The notes beneath the pieces were generated by a model. That model saw only the letters and a program-made list of their open reading frames with translations. It searched no databases and had not been told where the DNA came from. Positions 49,955 to 58,768 of a stretch of DNA of 64,000 nucleotides are shown in pieces. The stretch's first letter is position 1. Each line of letters opens with the position of its first letter. A program made the translations under genes and the position numbers. The DNA comes from an uncultured Candidatus Saccharibacteria bacterium. GTDB taxonomy: Bacteria; Patescibacteriota; Minisyncoccia; Phycocordibacterales; PALSA-1337. The stretch spans positions 4,431 through 68,430 of the forward strand of contig CAZVQB010000001.1 in assembly GCA_964629235.1 (NCBI GenBank), written 5' to 3'.

Positions 49955-50371
49955 ATGGATAAAAGTGATCGAACGAAAAGAATTTTGGCTTTGTCTGAAA
50001 GCATACAAAGCAAAATCAACGAACTCCGAGATCTATTGTGTGAGGATGCAAGGAGTCAGAAACTTGTGACTCATGACAATAATCCTTTTAATTGTAATCT
50101 TGGTGTATACATTGGAAGGAAAAGGTTGACACATAGTTATAAGATAAGGGGTCTGCCACTATTTTGTTCAGTAATGAAAAAGGGGTGGGAGATTTATCCC
50201 ACAGACTCAGGTCTCGAAAACAAAGTGTCTTTTCGCGACGTACCGATGGAAGATTTCATGTTAATACCTAAGTCTTGCCTGCTGAAGTACAGGCGAGTGG
50301 GTGAAAAGTCAATTTCTGTACTCAAGGAAATTGTACTGGAAGATGGTGGAAGACCACATTCATCCTGGTAA
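49955..50371 (+). CDS. Orphan with RNA polymerase alpha-CTD-like HhH C-terminus
   Basis: LLKYRRVGEKSISVLKEIV resembles the alphaCTD LLKxxxxGxKSxxxIK motif. Confidence 0.55.
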   Translation: MDKSDRTKRILALSESIQSKINELRDLLCEDARSQKLVTHDNNPFNCNLGVYIGRKRLTHSYKIRGLPLFCSVMKKGWEIYPTDSGLENKVSFRDVPMEDFMLIPKSCLLKYRRVGEKSISVLKEIVLEDGGRPHSSW

Positions 50372-50378
50372 CATTTTT

Positions 50379-50513
50379 CGCAAAACCGACCTCCGTAAGG
50401 ACAAGTCGGTTTTCTTTTATACCTGAAAGCTAATAACCGAAATATTGAGAGAATTTAACTAGATTTATTTTTGACTTTATATTCTACTCGTGTTATAAGT
50501 AAATAAACGAATT
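50379..50513 (+). repeat. 135-bp direct repeat, copy 1 (terminator + sigma70 promoter)
   Basis: First 67 bp identical to 51147-51213, about 8 mismatches after; hairpin AAAACCGAC..GTCGGTTTT; TTGACT(50471)-17-TATAAG(50494). Confidence 0.95.
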
Positions 50514-50602
50514 CGGGACGGATGTCCAAAGTTCTTCGCAACAATACAACAGGTTGGCCTAGAAAGGGCCAGGTTACCTGCATAAGAAAACCACATAAAT
50601 AA

Positions 50603-51127
50603 ATGAGCGAACAAGATTCGGATAGAATTGTGCCCCTCTTTGGGAAAATCAATTACGAGACAATGACGAAAACAATGGAATTGATGCTTGGCCATTGGAA
50701 AAAGGATCGTAATAAGGAAATCAAGCTTATCGTGTGTTCCTATGGAGGAATGTGTGATCCATCCTTCATGTTCATCGATATGATCAAATTTTACAAAATC
50801 AATTTGACCACAATTGCTTCTGGCGGTGTTGGTTCCATGGCTGTGCCAATTTTTGCATCAGGAATTAGGAGGTTTGTATCAAAACATGCAGACTTTTTTC
50901 TACACGACCTTGGTTTCAGTCCAGATAGCTACGAGCGCCTCTCAGTCTCTGAGCTTCAAAGAAAGTCAGACAATCTAGGAGTGTCACAGAGATGGTATGC
51001 GGATTATCTTGAAGAAAGAACTTCTGGCAAATTCAAGGCCTCAGAAGTTCTAAAAAGAATGAAAGCTGAGGTGTATCTATATCCCGAAGATATCATCAAA
51101 TTAGGCCTAGCACATGAGATGATTTGA
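50603..51127 (+). CDS. ClpP-like protease (S14 family), divergent
   Basis: RIVPLFGKI, SYGG, GSMA (Ser), FFLHD (His), KLGLAHE; Glu at the triad Asp position by hand alignment. Confidence 0.8.
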   Translation: MSEQDSDRIVPLFGKINYETMTKTMELMLGHWKKDRNKEIKLIVCSYGGMCDPSFMFIDMIKFYKINLTTIASGGVGSMAVPIFASGIRRFVSKHADFFLHDLGFSPDSYERLSVSELQRKSDNLGVSQRWYADYLEERTSGKFKASEVLKRMKAEVYLYPEDIIKLGLAHEMI

Positions 51128-51146
51128 GATCAGGATTAGATTTAAA

Positions 51147-51281
51147 CGCAAAACCGACCTCCGTAAGGACAAGTCGGTTTTCTTTTATACCTGAAAGCTA
51201 ATAACCGAAATATAGCGAGATTTTAACTAGATTTATTATTGACTTTATATTCTACTTGTGTTATAAATAAATAAGCAAATT
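51147..51281 (+). repeat. 135-bp direct repeat, copy 2 (terminator + sigma70 promoter)
   Basis: Matches 50379-50513; TTGACT(51239)-17-TATAAA(51262). Confidence 0.95.
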
Positions 51282-51320
51282 GAAACAAAAACTAAAAGTT
51301 CATCAAAAATAAGGTAATAT

Positions 51321-51587
51321 ATGAGTGAATTCAAGTGTCTCATCAGTCTTGGGGTAAAATCTGAAACAGAAGAAATGGAATTTCTCCGCAAGAGGCTTCT
51401 TTCATTCGTTCCACAATTGGGAATGAGCATACTACTTCTAGGAATGGATTATGAATCAAAGATAGTCCATGTTGGCTATGTTGAGTCAACTCAAGAATCT
51501 TCGTTTGATGTATCTCTTGGTGTTCAAAATTTGAATCAACACCAGATTAATCAATTGATAGAAAATGGGTGGGAAAAAATGAGTTGA
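51321..51587 (+). CDS. Orphan hypothetical protein
   Basis: 88-aa ORF after the repeat-2 promoter, TAAGG SD-like motif, own terminator. Confidence 0.6.
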   Translation: MSEFKCLISLGVKSETEEMEFLRKRLLSFVPQLGMSILLLGMDYESKIVHVGYVESTQESSFDVSLGVQNLNQHQINQLIENGWEKMS

Positions 51588-51611
51588 TAATTGCTTGTAT
51601 TTTTTAAATAC

Positions 51612-51649
51612 GAAAACCGGCCTCCTTACGGAAAGCCGGTCTTCTTTTT
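51612..51649. terminator. Bidirectional terminator related to the repeat hairpin
   Basis: GAAAACCGGC-CTCCTTACGGAAA-GCCGGTCTTC-TTTTT. Confidence 0.8.
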
Positions 51650-51667
51650 ATTTACTATATTTATTTT

Positions 51668-53572
51668 CTACTTCTTCTCTTTAAACTCCGCATCTTTCAC
51701 ATCTCCTTCTGCACCTTGTGGGCCCGCTCCGCCATTTGCTCCTGTATCACCTGGTGGTGTCTGAGCTTGTTGAGCTTTTGACAATATCTCACCTATCTTT
51801 GAAAGTTCTGAAGATAGTGCTTCTGTTGTTGTCTTTAATCTTGCACTATCTGTTCCTTCTTTTGCACTTTTTACATCTGCTATTTTATCTTCAATACTCT
51901 TTCTTAGATCTGCTGGAACTTTGTCTCCTGCATCTTTCAATGATTTTTCTGAAGTGTGGATTAGTTGTTCTGCCATATTCTTTGCTTCAACCATTTCCTT
52001 TTTCTTTGCATCTTCTGCTGCATGCATTTCGGCTTCCTTTTTCATTTTTTCTACTTCTTCTTTTGAAAGTCCTGAACTTGCTGTGATCTTTATACTATTT
52101 GCTTTTCCAGTTGCTTTGTCTTTTGCTGTAACTGAAAGAATACCGTTTGCATCAAGGTCAAAAGTAACTTCGACTTGTGGCATTCCTCTAGGTGCTGGTG
52201 CAATACCGTCTAGTATAAATCGTCCTAGTGACTTATTGTCTGCTGACATTGATCTTTCACCTTGTGTTATGTGAATTTCTACTGATGTCTGATTGTCCGC
52301 TGCTGTAGAGAATACTTGGGACTTCTGAGTAGGAATTGTAGTGTTCTTGTCGATTAGTTTTGTTGCTACTCCTCCCATAGTTTCTATAGCTAAAGAAAGT
52401 GGAGTAACATCTAGTAGCAAAACCCCTTTTACATCACCACCAAGAATACCTCCTTGGATAGCCGCTCCCACCGCAACCACTTCGTCTGGATTTACACCAA
52501 GGTGTAAATCTTTACCGAAGAAATCTTTCACTGCTTTTTGCATAGCAGGCATACGTGTCTGTCCTCCAACCAAGATCACTTCATTTATCTCCGGGATCTT
52601 AAATGGTGAAGCGTCCATAGCACGCTTTGTGATAGTTATAGCTCTATCAATAAACTCTCGTGTAAGCTCTTCGAGCTTCGCTCTAGTCATTGTAACTAGA
52701 AGGTGTTTTGGTCCATCTGCACCTGAAGTTAGGAATGGAATATTCACTTCTGTTTGCATTGCTGTTGAAAGCTCAATCTTTGCTTTTTCTGCAGCTTCAT
52801 CAAGTCTCTGTAGAGCCAATGCATCTTTTCTTACATCTATTCCTTCTTGCTTCCTGAACTCTTCAGCAAGCCAATCGATGATCTTTTGATCGATATCTTT
52901 ACCTCCAAGATGTGCATCTCCATCTGTTGATTTTACTTCTACTACATCGTCTCCAACTTCAAGAACAGAGATATCAAATGTACCTCCACCGAAGTCGAAT
53001 ACTACGATCTTTTCATTCTTCTTTTTATCGAAACCATAAGCAAGAGCGGCTGCTGTTGGTTCGTTTATAATTCTCTTTACATCAAGACCTGCGATCTTAC
53101 CCGCATCCTTTGTTGCTTGTCTTTGTGCATCGTTAAAGTATGCAGGTACTGTTATAACAGCTTCAGTTACTGGTTCTCCAAGTCTTGATTCTGCATCAGC
53201 TTTCATCTTTGCAAGAATCATAGCTGATATCTCTTCTGGTCTATACCATTTATCTCCCATCTTCACTTCAATTCCTCCAGTTGCACTCTTTTGAATTTCA
53301 AAAGGTACAGATGATCTGTCTTTCTGAACTGCTGGATCATCGAAGTTGTGACCGATGAATCTTTTTATTTGATAAATAGTATTTTTAGGATTTGTAACTC
53401 CTTGTCTTTTTGCCAATAGACCTACCATTCTATCGCCAGCTTTTGACATGGCAACTATAGAAGGAGTAGTTCTAGCACCTTCTGCGTTTTCTAATATTTT
53501 AGGTGTACCAGCTTCCATCACTGCGACGGCTGAGTTGGTAGTACCTAGATCAATTCCGATTATTTTACTCAT
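51668..53572 (-). CDS. dnaK: Chaperone DnaK
   Basis: [35 protein letters not shown]. Confidence 0.98.
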   Translation of the reverse strand: MSKIIGIDLGTTNSAVAVMEAGTPKILENAEGARTTPSIVAMSKAGDRMVGLLAKRQGVTNPKNTIYQIKRFIGHNFDDPAVQKDRSSVPFEIQKSATGGIEVKMGDKWYRPEEISAMILAKMKADAESRLGEPVTEAVITVPAYFNDAQRQATKDAGKIAGLDVKRIINEPTAAALAYGFDKKKNEKIVVFDFGGGTFDISVLEVGDDVVEVKSTDGDAHLGGKDIDQKIIDWLAEEFRKQEGIDVRKDALALQRLDEAAEKAKIELSTAMQTEVNIPFLTSGADGPKHLLVTMTRAKLEELTREFIDRAITITKRAMDASPFKIPEINEVILVGGQTRMPAMQKAVKDFFGKDLHLGVNPDEVVAVGAAIQGGILGGDVKGVLLLDVTPLSLAIETMGGVATKLIDKNTTIPTQKSQVFSTAADNQTSVEIHITQGERSMSADNKSLGRFILDGIAPAPRGMPQVEVTFDLDANGILSVTAKDKATGKANSIKITASSGLSKEEVEKMKKEAEMHAAEDAKKKEMVEAKNMAEQLIHTSEKSLKDAGDKVPADLRKSIEDKIADVKSAKEGTDSARLKTTTEALSSELSKIGEILSKAQQAQTPPGDTGANGGAGPQGAEGDVKDAEFKEKK

Positions 53573-53726
53573 ATTTTAATTTAGTTTATTTTTTAATTAC
53601 TTTACTTCCTCATAGAATTTATTGTATAATATGTAAGGCATATCAATACCAAATAGAAAGGAGGAAATATGTACGGCGAATAATAAATTTAGCGACGAAA
53701 TCAATTGAGAGTAGTCGCCTTTTCTT

Positions 53727-54023
53727 TTACATAGAAGGCGCCCTAGTTGGTTGACTCATAAAAAAATCTAAATTTATATAAGGAGATAAAATAGAAATAA
53801 AACTAGATGTAGTATCTAGAGCAATATCTTTCTTTGATATTTCTTGAGGAAGAAAAACTACTTCTTCTTTATTTTTAACTAAAGCTTCAGCAGAAATAAT
53901 AACAGGTTGAAACTTCCCGTTATTTTCAACTACAGTAAAACGAATACGAACTAAAATACCATTTTTATCTCGTATTATTCTTTCGAATATGCTATTCAGT
54001 TGTTTAGTTGGAATAGCTAACAT
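53727..54023 (-). CDS. Hypothetical protein upstream of dnaK; candidate RAP-motif arrest (leader) peptide
   Basis: 98 aa ending FFMSQPTRAPSM; TGGACA-16-TATAAT ending 6 nt before ATG. Confidence 0.65.
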   Translation of the reverse strand: MLAIPTKQLNSIFERIIRDKNGILVRIRFTVVENNGKFQPVIISAEALVKNKEEVVFLPQEISKKDIALDTTSSFISILSPYINLDFFMSQPTRAPSM

Positions 54024-54059
54024 AATAGTATTATATAATTAATTTAAATCTTGTCCAGA

Positions 54060-54602
54060 CTATTTAGCTTCCCCAATCTTCACCTTTGGAGCCTTTAAAA
54101 CCTTACCATGAAGCTCGTAGCCTTTTTGGACGACTGTTGTAACGATATCATTTGCCTTACCATCCTCTATTGCCTCATCTCGCATAGGGTCAAAAGTCTT
54201 ACCTATAGGATCTATTTCTTTTAGACCGAATTCTTCTAATACTTTCTTTAGTTGATTTGCTATATATTCAACACCGACTCTCCAGTTTTTATCTGCTTTT
54301 TCCCATACCTCTTTGTTCCCCATCGCCATATTGAAACTATCAAGTACTGGTATAAGTTCAGATATTAGACTTTCATTAGAAAAACGAGCGAAGTCTTTTT
54401 GAGCTTCTTGATCTCTTCTTCTTGCATTCATGAAGTCAGCTTTGTCTCTTTGCCAAGAGTTTAGATACTCTTGTTTTTCTTCAATAGCTTTCTTTAATTT
54501 TTCTTTTAAAACCTTAACAGTTTCAGTTGCATTGTCTTCAACAACAACTGAATCGTCTAGGTTTTCATCTTTTTCAATTGTTATATCATTTTCATCTTTC
54601 AT
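54060..54602 (-). CDS. grpE: Nucleotide exchange factor GrpE
   Basis: RDKADFMNARRR, LIPVLDSF, FDP, VQKGY.L. Confidence 0.95.
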   Translation of the reverse strand: MKDENDITIEKDENLDDSVVVEDNATETVKVLKEKLKKAIEEKQEYLNSWQRDKADFMNARRRDQEAQKDFARFSNESLISELIPVLDSFNMAMGNKEVWEKADKNWRVGVEYIANQLKKVLEEFGLKEIDPIGKTFDPMRDEAIEDGKANDIVTTVVQKGYELHGKVLKAPKVKIGEAK

Positions 54603-54686
54603 ATAGTTTTAGTATATATAAAATCTAGATAAAAGAAAAGTATTAATAAATAAAAAAAAATCCGGTTGCCCGGATTTTTCTTGAGA

Positions 54687-55109
54687 TTATCTCTTACTCC
54701 ACTGAGGTGACTTTCGAGCTTTCTTTAGACCGAACTTTCGTCTTTCTTTTGCTCTTGGATCTCGCTTTAGAAGTCCTGCTTTCTTTAGTTTTCCTCTTAA
54801 CTCTTTATCATAAACAATAAGTGCTCGGGCAATACCATGTCTCATAGCATCTGCTTGTCCACTTATACCTCCTCCCTTTGCAACTACAGTAACTTTGAAC
54901 TTTGTTTCTGTAAGTTTTGATTCTTTCATAGATTCAACAGCTGTTGATCTTAACTCTGTTGTAGGAAAATATTCTTCTACAGTCTTACCATTTATGTCAT
55001 ATGACATCTTTGAAGATGGTGTGATTCGTACTCGAGCAGAAGCAGTCTTTCGTCTTCCGATCGCTTCAATATATCTCTCTGATGACTTTGTAGTTGTATT
55101 TTTTTCCAT
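54687..55109 (-). CDS. rpsI: 30S ribosomal protein S9
   Basis: GRRKTASARV, GGGISGQA, KKARKSPQWSKR. Confidence 0.98.
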   Translation of the reverse strand: MEKNTTTKSSERYIEAIGRRKTASARVRITPSSKMSYDINGKTVEEYFPTTELRSTAVESMKESKLTETKFKVTVVAKGGGISGQADAMRHGIARALIVYDKELRGKLKKAGLLKRDPRAKERRKFGLKKARKSPQWSKR

Positions 55110-55110
55110 A

Positions 55111-55455
55111 TTATTCTGTAATAGTTAAATTCTTCATTATTTGCTTTCTCAAAGTATTTGAAGGAAGCATTCTGTATACCGCTCTTTCAAAAACTTCCTT
55201 TGTACCCTTTCGAGCAATCAAATGTTCTAGAGATTCTGTATATAGACCACCTCTAAAGCCTGTGAAAGTAATATATTCTTTTTCTTTTAGCTTCTTGATA
55301 TCAAAATCAGCTTTACTTGTATTTATGATACTTACCTTAACTCCTGATGCTTTGTTTCTAGTATAAGAAACAGTTCTCTTTCCATTAAGTAAACTCGCTG
55401 CTTCACTTGCAACTCGTCCTAACTTCTTTCCTTGTGCGTCTATAGTGTGATTCAT
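55111..55455 (-). CDS. rplM: 50S ribosomal protein L13 (short)
   Basis: IDAQGKKLGRVAS, TGFRGGL, AVYRMLP. Confidence 0.95.
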   Translation of the reverse strand: MNHTIDAQGKKLGRVASEAASLLNGKRTVSYTRNKASGVKVSIINTSKADFDIKKLKEKEYITFTGFRGGLYTESLEHLIARKGTKEVFERAVYRMLPSNTLRKQIMKNLTITE

Positions 55456-55465
55456 GTTTTTTATA

Positions 55466-55816
55466 TTATACAAATTCAATCATGGCCATAGGGGCTGCGT
55501 CAAGCTTTCTTGGTGCCATCTTAATAATTCTTATATATCCCCCATTTCGGTCCATATATTTCTTTGCTATTGTATCAAAAAGAACTTTTGTTTCTGATTC
55601 TCCACCTAGCTTAGAAATAACAACTCTTCTTGAAGCGATAGTGCCGGTCTTTGCCTTTGCAACTAGTTTTTCAACATAAGGTCGTAGCTCTTTTGCTTTT
55701 GCAAGAGTAGTTTCGATTTTATTTTCATTTATAAGATTTCGCGCAAGAGAACGCATCAAAGCGTTTCTTTGATCTTTCTCTAGTCCGAATTTTCGTTTTA
55801 CTGAATGGTGTCTCAT
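55466..55816 (-). CDS. rplQ: 50S ribosomal protein L17
   Basis: MRH, IETTLAKAKELRP, RNGGYIRI. Confidence 0.97.
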   Translation of the reverse strand: MRHHSVKRKFGLEKDQRNALMRSLARNLINENKIETTLAKAKELRPYVEKLVAKAKTGTIASRRVVISKLGGESETKVLFDTIAKKYMDRNGGYIRIIKMAPRKLDAAPMAMIEFV

Positions 55817-55839
55817 AAATTTATTCTTTAATTATTCTT

Positions 55840-56805
55840 TTACTTTAATGTTATACCGTATTGTGAAAGCACTTTCTTGATCTCTTGAATACCCTTACTT
55901 CCTAATCCTTCAATATCTAAGATATCAATTTCCTTCTTTCTTGCAAGTCCACCGACTGTTCTTATGTTTGCACTTGTAAGAGCTTTTGTTGTTCTTGGAG
56001 AAAGTCCGATAGCGTCGATTCTTGTCTTTAGGAATTCAACATCCATCTCTTCCTTTACTCCTGATTCTTTTGAATCTGAAGATTCTTCTTTCTCAGGAAC
56101 AATAACTTCTTCTTCCTTAAATCCTACAATAGACTTAAGTTGCATAATCATAAGTGAAATTGAATTCTCCAAAGCTTCCTTCGCAGTTAGAGTTCCATCT
56201 GTCTCGATAGAGATTCTTAGTCTGTTGAAATCTGTTCGGTCTCCAACTCGCATATTCTCTACTTCGTAGTTTACTTTCTTAATAGGAGTGAAAGTAGCAT
56301 CAAGTGATATAACACCTATATCAACTCTGTCTTTTGTTAATACATCTTTTGAAACATAACCAAGACCCTTTTCAACAGTTATTTCTGCTTCGAAATCTGA
56401 ACTCTTATCTGTAAGAGTAACGATATGTAGATCTGGGTTTAGAATTTCCACTTGTCCAGGAACTTCTATATCCTTTGCTGTAAGAGTTTTAATACCCTTT
56501 GCTTTTAAAGTGATTGTTTGTGGTTCATCAGTTATAAGTCTGATTCTCAATTTCTTTAGACTCAAAAGTAGAGTTATAACATCTTCCTTTACACCTTCAA
56601 TTGTTGAAAATTCGTGTTCAACTCCCTTTATCTTTACTCGAGTAACTGCTGATCCTGGTAGAGATGATAGGATAATTCTTCTAAGAGAATTTCCTAGTGT
56701 ATGTCCATATCCTGGGTATAGACCATCAATTTCATATACACCACTAAAACCCTCCTCTCGGATTATTTTTGGCTTTGATGGAACAATTATTGAATGATTT
56801 GACAT
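55840..56805 (-). CDS. rpoA: RNA polymerase subunit alpha
   Basis: GYGHTLGNSLRRIILSS, HEFSTIEGVKED, VENMRVG, alphaCTD. Confidence 0.98.
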   Translation of the reverse strand: MSNHSIIVPSKPKIIREEGFSGVYEIDGLYPGYGHTLGNSLRRIILSSLPGSAVTRVKIKGVEHEFSTIEGVKEDVITLLLSLKKLRIRLITDEPQTITLKAKGIKTLTAKDIEVPGQVEILNPDLHIVTLTDKSSDFEAEITVEKGLGYVSKDVLTKDRVDIGVISLDATFTPIKKVNYEVENMRVGDRTDFNRLRISIETDGTLTAKEALENSISLMIMQLKSIVGFKEEEVIVPEKEESSDSKESGVKEEMDVEFLKTRIDAIGLSPRTTKALTSANIRTVGGLARKKEIDILDIEGLGSKGIQEIKKVLSQYGITLK

Positions 56806-56846
56806 ATATTTTTTATTAAAAATTAATTTGCATTCACTTATTAATA

Positions 56847-57458
56847 CTAACGACTATAAAATTCCAAAACTGATCCTACATTGAATAATAACTCCGTAGA
56901 CGGAACTTTCGGTATACCCTCAACCTTTATCTCATACTTCTCTACATTGAGTTTTAACCATGATGGAACTTTAACAGTCTTTAGTCTGTCACCTAGTGTT
57001 GAAAAAATAGCTTTCTTCTTACTTCCTTCTCTTATAGCAATAACGTCTCCAACTTTAACTTGATATGAAGGAATTGTTACGATCTTACCATTTATTGTAA
57101 GGTGACCATGAGAAGTCATTTGTCTTGCGGCTTGTCGAGTAGTAGCAAATCCAGCTCTGAATGCGATATTATCAAATCGACTCTCAAGTAGACTAACTAG
57201 TATTTCACTTGAATTTCCTTTTGCTTCAGTAGCTTTTGCAACATAATTACCAAATTGCTTACTTGTTACACCGTAACTGTATCTAGCTTTTTGCTTTTCC
57301 AATAGACCAAGTCCATAATCACTTTTTGTTCTAGGTTTTGAAGATTTACTATTTGCTCTCTTTTGTTCTGTTCGAACAGCAAATTTTTGTGTCTGTGTCT
57401 TTTCGAATACAGGCACTCCTAGTCTTCTTGCAATTTTATATCTTGGTCCAATTTTCAT
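56847..57458 (-). CDS. rpsD: 30S ribosomal protein S4
   Basis: LLEKQKAR, LESRFDN, ARQMTSHGH, EFYSR. Confidence 0.97.
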   Translation of the reverse strand: MKIGPRYKIARRLGVPVFEKTQTQKFAVRTEQKRANSKSSKPRTKSDYGLGLLEKQKARYSYGVTSKQFGNYVAKATEAKGNSSEILVSLLESRFDNIAFRAGFATTRQAARQMTSHGHLTINGKIVTIPSYQVKVGDVIAIREGSKKKAIFSTLGDRLKTVKVPSWLKLNVEKYEIKVEGIPKVPSTELLFNVGSVLEFYSR

Positions 57459-57480
57459 AAAAAATTATATATTATATTTA

Positions 57481-57909
57481 TTATACTCTTCGTGGCTTCT
57501 TTGCCTGTGGTCCATTATGAGGCACTGGAGTCTCGTCCTTTATAGATGAAATATTTACTCCTCTTGATATAAAGCCTCGGATTGCTGACTCTCTTCCAGA
57601 ACCAACACCCTTAACAACAACCTTAATATCTTTAAGTCCTAGAGTTTCTGCTTTTAGAGCAAGAGTTTCTCCTACTTTTGCAGCAGCAAATGGTGTACCC
57701 TTTTTTGCACCCTTAAATCCTAGAGTACCACAAGATGACCAGATAACAGCATTTCCATCTTCATCAGTTAGAAGAACTTTAGTGTTATTGTAAGTTGATT
57801 GAACATATAGAATACCAGAGTCTAGTCTTTTCTTACTAGAAGTAGCCGGCTGTTTTACAGCTTTCTCTTTTGCTCCTGCTTCAGTTGTCTCAATTTTTTT
57901 CTTTACCAT
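57481..57909 (-). CDS. rpsK: 30S ribosomal protein S11
   Basis: STYNNT, GFKGAKKGTPFAA, GSGRESAIR, TPVPHNG. Confidence 0.98.
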   Translation of the reverse strand: MVKKKIETTEAGAKEKAVKQPATSSKKRLDSGILYVQSTYNNTKVLLTDEDGNAVIWSSCGTLGFKGAKKGTPFAAAKVGETLALKAETLGLKDIKVVVKGVGSGRESAIRGFISRGVNISSIKDETPVPHNGPQAKKPRRV

Positions 57910-57931
57910 TTTATTCGTTAGTATTTAGATA

Positions 57932-58312
57932 TTATTTCTTTTCTTCCTTCTTTCGTCCTGAACCCATGGTCTTTCTTATGTTTCCTCTTATTGTTCTTGA
58001 ATTTGTCTTCGTTCTCTGTCCTCTAGCTGGTAGTCTTCTCATATGTCTCATTCCTCTGTAGGTCTTTATGTCCTTGTGTCTCTTTATATTTGAAGCTACT
58101 TCTCGCTTTAGGTCTCCTTCGATTTTAAATGTTTCGATAACCTTTCTTATTTCATTTTCTTGATCTACAGTTAGATCCTTTGCCTTTATATCCTTAGGGA
58201 TTTTGGCTTTTTCTAAAATAAATACTGCACGTGATCTACCAACACCATATAAAACTGTAAGTGCAATGTCTAGTCTTTTTGTATCTGGAATTGTTATACC
58301 AAGTATTCTCAT
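57932..58312 (-). CDS. rpsM: 30S ribosomal protein S13
   Basis: IALT.LYGVG, IEGDL, YRGMRH, RGQRTKTN. Confidence 0.98.
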   Translation of the reverse strand: MRILGITIPDTKRLDIALTVLYGVGRSRAVFILEKAKIPKDIKAKDLTVDQENEIRKVIETFKIEGDLKREVASNIKRHKDIKTYRGMRHMRRLPARGQRTKTNSRTIRGNIRKTMGSGRKKEEKK

Positions 58313-58326
58313 AAAATTATAATTAA

Positions 58327-58443
58327 TTATCCTTGTCTTTGCTTATGTCTAGGATTAGCTTTGCATATAACATAAACGTAGCCCTTTCTTCGAACTACTT
58401 TACATTTTGGACAAATTTTCTTTACAGATGCTTTAACCTTCAT
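58327..58443 (-). CDS. rpmJ: 50S ribosomal protein L36 (below ORF-track cutoff)
   Basis: Hand translation [38 protein letters not shown]. Confidence 0.97.
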   Translation of the reverse strand: MKVKASVKKICPKCKVVRRKGYVYVICKANPRHKQRQG

Positions 58444-58473
58444 TTTCTTTTAATTATTGAAATCTTTTAGCGA

Positions 58474-58725
58474 TTAAAATCTTTTTGTAATACGTGCTCT
58501 ACCTCCATAAGGATCCAATTCAAGCTCGACTTTATCGCCAATAAGTACTCTGATGCGATGCATTCGCATCTTTCCAGCTAAATAAGCAAGCTGTGTTTCC
58601 TCTTTTCCGTCAATTTTAACCTTAAACAAGGTATCTGGTAAAGCTTCGGTTACAACACCAAATGCTGTAGTCGTACTCTTTTGTTTTTGACTACTATTTA
58701 TCTTTGGATTGATTTCAGAAACCAT
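58474..58725 (-). CDS. infA: Translation initiation factor IF-1
   Basis: GVVTEALP, AYLAGKMR..RIRVLIGDKV..EL.PY; start probably MVSEIN. Confidence 0.95.
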   Translation of the reverse strand: MVSEINPKINSSQKQKSTTTAFGVVTEALPDTLFKVKIDGKEETQLAYLAGKMRMHRIRVLIGDKVELELDPYGGRARITKRF

Positions 58726-58768
58726 TAATTTTCGGTTTATACATACTACTATAACTACCCACAATAAG

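Noticed and set aside
50383-50415. SRP RNA domain IV (TCC-GTAA-GGA tetraloop)
   Set aside because: Lacks the CAGG/AGCA internal loop, is followed by a T run and is duplicated, so it fits a terminator
50379-51281. CRISPR array, IS ends or integron attC sites
   Set aside because: Only two 135-bp copies with a gene-sized spacer; no cas, transposase or integrase; no RYYYAAC/GTTRRRY attC ends recognised
53573-54690. CIRCE/HrcA operator at grpE-dnaK
   Set aside because: No TTAGCACTC-N9-GAGTGCTAA seen in these intergenic regions
20284-56797. Many antisense ORFs inside typA, dnaB, ctpA, acrB, dnaK, rpoA and others
   Set aside because: Shadow frames of well-supported genes with no motifs or expression signals
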